Shown: piece by piece, positions 53,476-64,000 of the stretch
Layout: every line of letters begins with the position of its first letter
Numbering within the stretch: the stretch's first letter is position 1
NCBI RefSeq assembly: GCF_006345805.1
Contig: NC_043009.1
Location: 58,094,001 to 58,158,000, forward strand
Source of the DNA: Octopus sinensis
Lineage: Eukaryota
Direction of reading: 5' to 3'
DNA: 64,000 nucleotides
Notes under the pieces: generated by a model
Seen by the model: only the letters and a program-made list of their open reading frames with translations
The model's database searches: none
Told to the model about the DNA's origin: nothing
Made by a program: the position numbers and the translations under genes

Positions 53476-53868
53476 TACTCTTTAGTCTTTTACTCTTTTA
53501 CTTGTTTCAGTCATTTGACTGCGGCCATGCTGGAGCACCGCCTTTAGTCGAGCAAATCGACCCCGGGGCTTATTCTTTGTAAGCCCAGTACTTATTCTAT
53601 CGGTCTCTTTTGCCGAACCGCTAAGTGACGGGGACGTAAACACACCATCATCGGTTGTCAAGCAATGCTAGGGGGACAAACACAGACACACAAACACACA
53701 CACATATACGACAGGCTTCTTTCAGTTTCCATCTACCAAATCCACTCACAAGGCATTGGTCAGCCCGGGGCTATAGCAGAAGACACTTGCCCAAGACACC
53801 ACGCAGTGGGACTGAACCCGGAACCATGTGGTTGGTTAGCAAGCTACTTACCACACAGCCACTCCTGC
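53476..53868 (-). mobile_element. SINE family C, full length
   Basis: Near-identical to 23826-24186, with a (TACTCTTT)n tail. Confidence 0.9.
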
Positions 53869-54456
53869 GATTGCTTTTATAACTAATATACGGATATATT
53901 TGACAATCTAGATTAGGATCAATGCTAACAATCGGCTTGCGAGAAATCGCAGCCATTCCCACACATTTCCTATGCACCCATGTTAAAGTACAAAAGGACA
54001 TGTCAGAGAAAGTATATCTAGACACAGAATGATATAAGTAAAGATGGTATTCTCAGAGATGGAATCTCTTTTATTATCGTTCTCTTAGTTCAGATCTGAC
54101 CTCTTATACTGTCACAAGTTTCAGTCATTGGACTACGGCGCCGGCTTGACGGGGTGCATCCTTGAAGGGTTTAATCAAACAAATCAGCCCTAATTCTTCA
54201 CTTTTTTTCAAGGACTTGTCACAAAACCTATCGGTCGCTTTTCTCGAGGCGTTGATGTTGTAGTTTCTTTTTGAGCCCTAGGTCAACTGCCACTACAGGC
54301 TGATGATCCTCATCATTCAAGTAAACTTGAAGTAGTAGTAGTAGTAGTAGTAGTAGTAATAATAGTAATAATAATAACAATAATAATAACAAAAACAATA
54401 ATAAAAATAATAATAGCAATACTAATAATAATGATAATAACAATAATAATAATTAA

Positions 54457-55013
54457 ATGAGCAAAAAGGATGTAAACGTAGATCCTATGGTTGCAAAGAT
54501 CAGCTACTCATCAATAAGATGACCTATGAAAAAGTACAAGCGTAGAACGACAAGCTATTGTAAAATCTTCATTAGCTACTATGCCGCTCGTATGGATACG
54601 AGGTAACGGGTGCATGGTACCAACATGGAAGTAAAGGTAATGGACGAAGAGCGGAAGGCAAAAGTTTATTGGGACTTTGACTTCCTGACAGACAAGGTAT
54701 TAGATGACCGACGGCCGGACATAGTATCCTTTAGGAGAGAGAAACAAGAGTGCCTAATAATTGCTGTGGCAGTGCCAGGAGATCAACATATTATCATGAA
54801 AGAAGGAGAAAAGATTGATGAATATGAAGACCTGAGAATTGAGATTGCCAAGATGTAGCTGCCACGAGGGTCAAATATAAACTTTGTCCCTATTTTTATT
54901 GGGTCATTGGGTTCAATGACCCGATGATCAGACGAGTAGTCATTATAGGTATACTGGGCTTCGTATAGTTTACGCCAGTATCACTTTGATGGCATGCACT
55001 GCTCTCTCACTCA
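54457..55013 (+). mobile_element. Internally deleted R4/Dong-clade LINE between (TAA)n tracts
   Basis: EQKGCKRRSYGCKDQLLINKM (RT N-terminal part) joined to KVYWDFDFLTDKVLDDRRPDIV...LIIAVAVPGD...EKIDEYEDLRIEIAKM...VPIFIGSLGSM (restriction-like endonuclease domain). Confidence 0.85.
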
Positions 55014-56395
55014 ATAATAATAATAATAGCGTCGAAAAAGACTAGGCCAAATAATTAATCATTAAATGTGTCCGTTTCAGTAAGACGCTCTGATGAAATT
55101 GAAGGAAATATTGACAGTTCTGTGCATATGGTCGAGTGTAAAGATAAAGCATCGATTGTTGAGTTCTGATAATGAGCTGTCTTGGCTTGGCGAAATGTGT
55201 TTCTCGGTGTTACTAAAGGAATTTGGAAAAAGATCAGTCAAAACTGCTACCAGTTGTGTCACAGTGTAGAACGATGATTTCTAACAGGTCGTATTACATA
55301 ACTGTAAACACTTGAGGTGCAATGACTATGTTTGTCATAAATAGATGACAAATGTAGCCATAGTCTACTCATATATCTGTTAACTGATTTACATCTGGTT
55401 TTTTAGTACAGTTCAATAATTCACGCACACTCACACACATACACAAACTCGTGTGTGATTTAGTTCGCGTGTGGGAACATGTATTTGTATTTTTACAACA
55501 GTGAGAAAAAACAAATTCCTTAGACATTTCATCATTTCACTCTAAACTCAACTGCTGTTTCAACGTTAAAATTTTAAAAAAATCCAACATCATTCGCATA
55601 AATACTTCATATATATGAAAAGCATACTCAATGAATTATTTTTAATCGGATAAAACATTTAGCCAATTTATATATAAGCAAGTCCATCCGCTTATGTTCA
55701 TTGAGTTGTAATTTTATATTCGACTCTGGCGATGCTTTTAAATTCAGTAGATATAATTTCCGGTATAATGTAAAAAAAAAATATGTATGCATATATTTAT
55801 AATACATAAATGATTGCTGCACGTAAATGGATGTCTTTGTTCATACAACTGACTCGTTTACATTATCGCAACATCGTTAGGTTGTCGAAGTAGTGTAACT
55901 TTTAAGATATATATGTGCCGCTTTGAACTGGAGAAACATGGAGTAAAACCACTTGTCGTACGATACAGCTCGAATTCTAGTTTCGCAAATCAAACACCTG
56001 ACCTTACAATCGAAAGTTCAGTCATCCTGTTATGATTACAGTCGTATATATTACGTATGTGCATATATAGATACATACATGCATACTCTTATGTGCATAC
56101 ACACATACATAAAACTTTCCATAAGTTTATCATTTAAATATAGATGAGCATATCTAGATATCCAACTATATGCATGAGACTCCATGCATAAAACAAAGCA
56201 TACAAATCTGCACATATACATACCTGCATACAAGCAAAAGTACTCTGTTGTTAATATTGACATTCTAATGAAGGATCCTTAGATCTAGGGTAGAAACCGG
56301 CCCTTTTTCTATTGGCAAGACATCTTGAAATAAAACTGAACAATCACATACGTACGTACGTACATACATAATACATACATACATACATACATACA

Positions 56396-56427
<32 letters not shown>

Positions 56428-56594
56428 CATACATACATACATACATACATATATGCATGCATACATACATCTACATATCATAATTAATGTGGAAGTCTTA
56501 TCAGAACGATCAATAGTGTGGCAAGTACCTTGAGATAAATTCCTGTATGTGCACACGGAGCATCAACTAAAGTATATTTATTCTTTGGAGGTAC

Positions 56595-56945
56595 GTGTCG
56601 TCTGCTATGGGTGTTGGGTGCAGGAACTGCAAGATCACGTGATTTTCGACATATTGCGTCTCTCATTGATAGTCGTCCACTAGCCGGAAACCAGCCAGAT
56701 CTCATTGCCAACGATACATTGAATTACAGTGATTTTTCAGACAGTAATAATTACAAAAATTTCTGTCGCTAATAATTACTTTTTAATAACCCTGTAACAT
56801 CACCGTCTGAAAGGTCATCGAAATTCTATGTTTCGTTGGCAGTGAGATCTAGCCGCTGTGCAACTAGCCGGCGACTATCGCTGAGGAGATTAAATAAGTC
56901 GAAATTACGCAATTAAAGTGTTCCGACGCCCGTAAAAGACGATTT
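56595..56945. repeat. Old imperfect inverted repeat (~150-bp arms), probable MITE
   Basis: GATAGTCG...AGATCTCATTGCCAACGATACATTGAATT...TTTCAGACAGT versus ACCGTCTGAAAG...AATTCTATGTTTCGTTGGCAGTGAGATCT...CGACTATC. Confidence 0.75.
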
Positions 56946-57714
56946 TTGTTTGCCAGCGACAAACATGTGTGTGCTTTTGTACAATATACGTCCACATGAG
57001 TAGTCTTCGTTAACTGAGCATTTCAACAAGACCTCTATGTTAAGTTGGATATAAAGTTTGCATCATGTTATTAATACAGCTTCTGTCGCCAATAAGCATA
57101 TATATATGTGTGTGTGTGTGTGTGTACATATACAATTTATGTGGTTGAGCACATTGCTTCGATCAAAGCTGACCATTCACTCAATGCTACCTATTATGGT
57201 GTCGTTCGGTTCATTGCCACATCAGTGTACGAGCAGAAGTAAGAAAAGCAGAGCAGCGACGGACAAAATCATCATTAAAATCACACCGAAATATCATATC
57301 CATCTATCTATATATTAATGTCTGTGCGCATGTGTTTGTATATATATTTGTACAAATGTATCTGTGTTGTGTGTATGTGTGTGTGTGTGCCCATATGCAC
57401 ACGCCATAAATATGCGAAAATATGTTAAAGAGATTGTAACCGATTACATCACATAATGCCTGCTGCGCTTCTGTCAAGTTACGCTATAAATATTTTACCG
57501 ATATATAACAAACACTTTGACCTCCATAATTACTGCATTTATTTCTCGGATAATTCGTTAGTTACGCAGACCACCTGCTTGTAGATTGTTCTACTTGCTT
57601 CTCATAAAGCTAGATATTGACACATCGCATTTAGCTTTCTGACATTCGTGCGTGCATCAGTTTATATTGCTGTATTTTAAAACTTTGCATTTAAATACAT
57701 ACATATAAACATAC

Positions 57715-57753
<39 letters not shown>

Positions 57754-57764
57754 CTATAGATATG

Positions 57765-57819
<55 letters not shown>

Positions 57820-58363
57820 TAGAAGCTATGGCTTTCTAGACAGACATTCATATCGTATCTATTAAATTCCTCTCCATCTTTCTTCTCTCTGCCTGTTTCT
57901 TCCACACTCTTCTTTTCCTATGAGTATCGAATTCGTTTTCGTTCTCGTTCATTCTCAGCTCGCAACTGTCCCCTTTTTCTTCTGTGTTCTTTTCAGTTTC
58001 AATCTTATCAAGGGACTGACTGATTATTTTACTTCATCTTACTTGGAGAATTTTTTTAGAACGTGTATTTTAGAAAACATCTCATTTTATTACGACGCTC
58101 ACATATACTATTGCCCTGTATGTATTTGTAGAATATATTCTGATCGTAAAACACTCATATGTTACGTCTGATTCTAGGACGTCACAAAGTTCGTTCGTGT
58201 GCCCTTTATTCCTCGTTTAGCTCTGAAAGCTATAGATGATAGTTTTTGGCGATATTATCTTAACGGATCACTCCTACTGTTATGAGACTGCATGGATTTT
58301 TAATTGCACATCCGGTGATAGGAAATTGTCGTTTGTTCTCTCTGTTGGGCATGTTTCCGGCTT

Positions 58364-58394
<31 letters not shown>

Positions 58395-58751
58395 TCAACA
58401 ATATTAAGGAATGGCCTTGATAGACCATTCAACCCACTAGAAAGAGCAGCTAAACTCAAACCGCTAAATAGTTGTAATTCAGAAACCAAAGGAAAATAAA
58501 AACATTTACCCTTATCATCTATGGACTATGCATAGTTTCGACATACATCTTAGCAAACCGATTTAATTAAATTAAATTAAATCTATTTGCCACTGGCCTG
58601 TCTCGTCAGCAAAGAAGCCAGGGAAATATATATCGACGCCTTGAGAATATATATTCTAAATTTTCAAAATCTACCGTCACCGCGCCAACTTATCAGCAGC
58701 AAATATAAACTGCCGATTTAATTTCAGAATTAGCCAAAAAATCATTAATTA

Positions 58752-58818
<67 letters not shown>

Positions 58819-59100
58819 CAAGCGTGAATGTATATGTTGTGTGTGATCGTATTAATGTTAGGTTGCTCACAGTGCTATTGCTAACATGCAGCCAGCACAA
58901 CCTTTTGTATTGTTAGGCTGTGGGCGACTAACATGCAATCCTACCTACAATGATTGATAAGGAGAATGGTTTTCGTCCGACAGCAAGTCGTAAAACAGAA
59001 CCTGTGGAAACAGATGAAAATAATCTGTGGCTGTCAAAATCCTTGGTGTGAGAGATGCTAACCTTTATTCAGACAAATAAAACTGCCTTTTCGTTGGAAG

Positions 59101-59400
59101 CTAATAAATATAGAACAGACTTTCTTTTGGACAAATGCCGCGGATCGCTATGAGGCGGAATACAACGGGCTGATGCGTGCTCGCAGGCAGCTCCTTGTTC
59201 AAAACGTGGTGGTACCAACTGATGTTCTCGATTGTCCACAAGATCCTGCTGTCGTGGCTGTCAATTATCTGTGCCAGGGGCTTCGTGAGGGAACACATGT
59301 CTACTCCGTTCAGGGGAGCAGAAAAGACCAACGCGTTGCAGATGTAGAGCTCCTTTCTCCATCGAGATAAATCTATGGAGTCAAAGGGGCTCCCATAAAG
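59101..59400 (-). mobile_element. Decayed RTE-clade LINE fragment
   Basis: LYICNALVFSAPLNGVDMCSLTKPLAQIIDSHDSRILWTIENISWYHHVLNKEL resembles the RTE consensus IYNALVLSVLLYGAETWTLTK....IDGFD...LR.I..I.W..HVSNEEL. Confidence 0.65.
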
Positions 59401-59862
59401 AGTTTACTACCTGCAGACATGCCAAATCCGGGCCTAGTACTCTATTTTTGATGAGTGTGGATCGCAGGTAGATAAATGAAAAACTCCAATTCGGGGCCAA
59501 TATGGAATGAGGGAGAATACATGTGATGGTGTCCATACTCTTGTGCTCGTCTCTATCAAAATCTTTATGGCTATAAGTAAATTTCCATGTGTACGTCCTT
59601 CTGTATATGCAGATATATATCCGCTTGTTGAATTCCAATATGTGTAAACTTGTGCATATATTTATATAGCAATATTTTCTCGTACCAATATACAACATGA
59701 ATGGAACAGTTGTACGTATATGAGTATACGTGGGAGTTCTCCCTAGTATATGGTAATCTGTTTGTATAAATGCATACGATCTTACATAGACACGAATTAA
59801 TGTTGAAACAATTCATACTTTTATATACCCATATACACATGCATCTATCTATCTATCTATCT

Positions 59863-59920
<58 letters not shown>

Positions 59921-59929
59921 CATCTATCC

Positions 59930-59997
<68 letters not shown>

Positions 59998-60351
59998 GTA
60001 ACTGTATATATACTTATATCAATACAGGGGTATAGAAGCCGTTTTGGCTTGCATTTGTTTGCAGAGATACGTATGAAGTTTTCAACCAATGAGAAACACT
60101 CGCGTTTATGGGAGATAGGGGAATGCAAAATTAATTAAGTATTAAACCTAAAACATCAACTCTTCAACGTTACAACAGACATTCATGATGTTAAGATAAT
60201 GTTATTATACATTAAATATTTGCTGTGTCAGGTTTAAATAGTTTATTAAGTTTACCTGCTTCCCCTCACGTAAACATTACTGACTCACTTCGTGAACAAT
60301 TCATCTTTTCATGTCGTTCTTATACTAAACAATGAAAATGTACATAAATGT

Positions 60352-60387
<36 letters not shown>

Positions 60388-60518
60388 GTTTATATGTTGT
60401 ATGGGTATATATATACGTATATGTACATATACGTATATATATAAGTACATACATATATACATATATATATATACATACATATTTATATATATGCATACAT
60501 ATATACATAAATGCATAT

Positions 60519-60549
<31 letters not shown>

Positions 60550-61030
60550 CATACATACATATATACATACATATATACATACATATATATATATATATAT
60601 CATATATATATATATATATATATATAACGGGAAGCTTTATGAAATAAACAAAAGACGAAGGCAGGTGGAAAACAATACACACTTATTTATGAGTATGCAT
60701 TATGAGTTTATAAACACGTAACGTATGTGTCGCTATGCATGTGTTGTATTGTCTGTGTATATAGATAGGAGAGCGCGTTGTAGATTACATATCAAAAGAC
60801 CAGTGTATTCATAAAATATGTTGAGATAAGTGAAGCAATTAACTGAACGTATATATTATACATTCCAGAATGCAGAATATGATATCACATTTGTCTTGCT
60901 TGACGTCACGTGAAGCTATGTTCACTTCTAAATAACATTTGAGATATTATTTCCAAGAGTAGTGAATGAAATACCCCAGAGGTACACGCATAGAAAGCTA
61001 AACGCAAACGCTAATGTGCGTGCAAATAAG

Positions 61031-61102
<72 letters not shown>

Positions 61103-61122
61103 ATATATATATATATATAATA

Positions 61123-61165
<43 letters not shown>

Positions 61166-61592
61166 CATATGTGTATGAATGTATGTATTTAGGTAGGTAG
61201 GTAGGTATGCGTGTATACAGAATAGGACAAAAGTGTGAAGAGGTCTGAAATTTTAATTAATTGCATTTAATTAATTTCTTTTGGAACTTTCGAGTCGAGC
61301 TTTTTCACACGTAGCGCACAGTTATTTCGTTTATGTACTGAATATGCTTGTAGGGTAATATAAATTTAAAATAAAAATATAAAAAAGAAAAATAGTAAAA
61401 TGCAGAATATATATAAAAATATATTGAAACCTCTTCTTGAATTTTGGCTCTGAATCGAATCTATCTATCTATGTGTCTCTCTGTCTGTCTGTCACTCTCC
61501 CCCCTCTCTCTCTATTTGTCTGTCTGATTTTTTGCCTGTCTCTCTGTTTGTCTGTCTATCTGTCTGTCTCTCTGTCTGTCTCTCTCTCTCTG

Positions 61593-61687
<95 letters not shown>

Positions 61688-61830
61688 GCGTGCCTATCTG
61701 TCTTTCTGTCTCTCTTTCTGCCCGTCTGCCAGTCTGCCTATATGTTTGTCTGTCTGTCTCTGCTTCTGTCTGTCTGTCTGTCCCTCTCTCTCTCTCTCTC
61801 TCTTTCTCTATCTATCTATCAATCTATCTA

Positions 61831-62176
61831 AATGTTTCAAAGAAAGATGAGTGAATTTAGCAAGGATGGCACGTATGAATGACGAAGCCACCTTGAGCAT
61901 GATCCTATGAACCCGGAAAAATTTACTTACTTGGAAATAAATGTGTTAACATGTGGCATTATTGACCGAGGTTATCGTGGTCTTTTTCAAAGTCTTTTCT
62001 TTCCACGGATAGACCATATCTGTTTCCTCCTTTACACTTTACATCATGACATTTCTGTGATACACGATCCGTATTGATAGTTTTTTTCACTACCCACCTT
62101 TTCTCCCCAAAAAGAAAAGCTCTACTTTGTAATTTTTCCCCTCTGTTTTCAGCCTTGTGTGGCTAATAAAGAAACA

Positions 62177-62178
<2 letters not shown>
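61831..62178 (+). mobile_element. Tx1/L1-clade LINE 3' end, copy 2
   Basis: Homologous to 46606-47084, with (TCTA)n at both junctions. Confidence 0.85.
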
Positions 62179-62261
<83 letters not shown>

Positions 62262-62279
62262 CCCTATCTATCTATCTAC

Positions 62280-62336
<57 letters not shown>

Positions 62337-62353
62337 CATCCATCCATCCATCC

Positions 62354-62425
<72 letters not shown>

Positions 62426-62443
62426 CCCTATCTATCTATCTAC

Positions 62444-62508
<65 letters not shown>

Positions 62509-62529
62509 CATCCATCCATCCATCCATCC

Positions 62530-62598
<69 letters not shown>

Positions 62599-62601
<3 letters not shown>

Positions 62602-63114
62602 GGTCAATCTCTCATCAACTTCTTCAAGTACCACTTGAAAAGGAAAGTGAGAGTAGAGAGGCAAGTTTTGTCTAGCGAATGTTTTAAAAACACATTGGTG
62701 AATGTAGCAAGGATGGCACGTATGAATGACGAAGCCACCTTGAGCATAATCCTATGAACCCAGAAATTGAAAACAGAGGGTTACCCACTTGCAAACAAAT
62801 GTGGTAACATATAACAATATTGACCGAGGTTACTGTGGTCTTTTTCGTAGGCTTTTCTTCCCACGGATAAACCTTATCTGCTTCTCCCTTTACACCGTAC
62901 ATCATGACACTGTGATACACGATCCCTATTGATCGTTTTTTTCCTCTTCCCCTTTTTCCTTCTTTTCCTTTTTTTTCTTTTTTTCCTTTTCCCTTTTACG
63001 ATCCCTTTTGATCGAAAACCTACGCCACTTTTTTTTTCATCCCCCAAAAGAAAAGCTCTACCTTGTAATTTGTCCCGTCTGTGTGCAGCCCTGTGTGGCC
63101 AATAAAGAAACTTA
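62599..63114 (+). mobile_element. Tx1/L1-clade LINE 3' end, copy 3
   Basis: Homologous to 46527-47084, with (TCTA)n at both junctions. Confidence 0.85.
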
Positions 63115-63509
63115 TCTATCTATTTATCTACCCGTCTGCCTGTTTATCTAAAAATGAGTTATTAGTGAGGTATTATCAATCCGAGCATAATACTGTATTA
63201 ATACTCTAATATTAAGCCAGGCCAAAAATATTGTTTAGATGGTTGTGGCAGGATACAAAATGATAGTTCATCACCATTCTCTATTTAAGTCCTTTATTGT
63301 GTTCCAGGTTTACTGTAATTTTTTTTTACGCAGAATGATATACAAGACACGGCATAAATAATGGTCATTATATATTTTTCTTTATTTTAATGATTTTGAC
63401 TTACGGCTGTTTCCAGTAGTCGCTATAGGTTCGTCATTGATAAGTTTACTCATTCGGCGCATTGATAGGTTGAGAAAAATTGAACCACCTAGAAAATTAT
63501 TTCGCCAGA

Positions 63510-63745
63510 GGCGAGAGCTGGTAGAAACGTTAGTACGTCGGGCGAAATGCTTAGCGGTATTTCATCTGCCGTTACGTTGTGAGTTCAAATTCCGCCGAGG
63601 TCGACTTTGCCTTTCATCCTTTCGGGGTCGATAAATTAAGTACCAGTTACGCACTGGGGTCAATGTAATCGACTTAATACCTATGTATGTCCTTGTTTGT
63701 CCCTTCTATGTTTAGCCCCTTGTGGGTAATAAAGAAATAGGCATT
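63510..63745 (+). mobile_element. SINE family A
   Basis: Family A head and core. Confidence 0.85.
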
Positions 63746-64000
63746 TCTGGTTATAACCATGTAGAACGTCGAAAGAATTGTCCTGAAATGTGGAATGGAG
63801 ACAATACATGGTAAGTGAAGTGAAGATAAAGAGTAAATGGGGAGGAGAAGTGATGGTTTTAAAAAAGACTAAAGGGAAGAGAAAGAAAGGAAGGAAGAGA
63901 GGAACGAATAGAAAAAATAGAGGCGGTGAGGCATTAAGTCGAATAATGATAGAAGATGGCGGAAATTGCAGGAAGGACATCAGTAAAATCGTTGATGTGT

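Noticed and set aside
56262-56305. CTAATGA...GAAACCGGCC and similar partial motifs (8330-8400, 17945, 20840, 44170, 55165, 63400)
   Set aside because: Multiple core or stem defects; cannot be distinguished from chance without a family consensus.

Overview
Eukaryotic, AT-rich, microsatellite-saturated DNA with one 100-N gap (30755-30854). The SINE families look like those of octopus, which is an inference from recall and not a search. Most long ORFs in the track are microsatellite artefacts. The real content has four parts. (1) A probable spliced + strand gene of unknown function (exons about 2.4-15.5 kb, phase-consistent GT-AG junctions) with an apparent internal domain duplication. (2) Three abundant tRNA-derived SINE families. 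(3) LINE fragments (RTE, R4/Dong in (TAA)n, Tx1 in (TCTA)n), plus Tc1/mariner, hAT and Helitron-type relics. (4) A dense set of Penelope-like element (PLE) relics carrying type I hammerhead ribozyme motifs: at least 3 with intact cores and about 8 variant or decayed. The most notable object is a ~345-bp TSD-flanked element at 41814-42157 that fuses a tRNA-derived Pol III head and an (AAT)n linker to a Penelope-type minimal hammerhead. Repeat boundaries are approximate and all assignments were made by eye.
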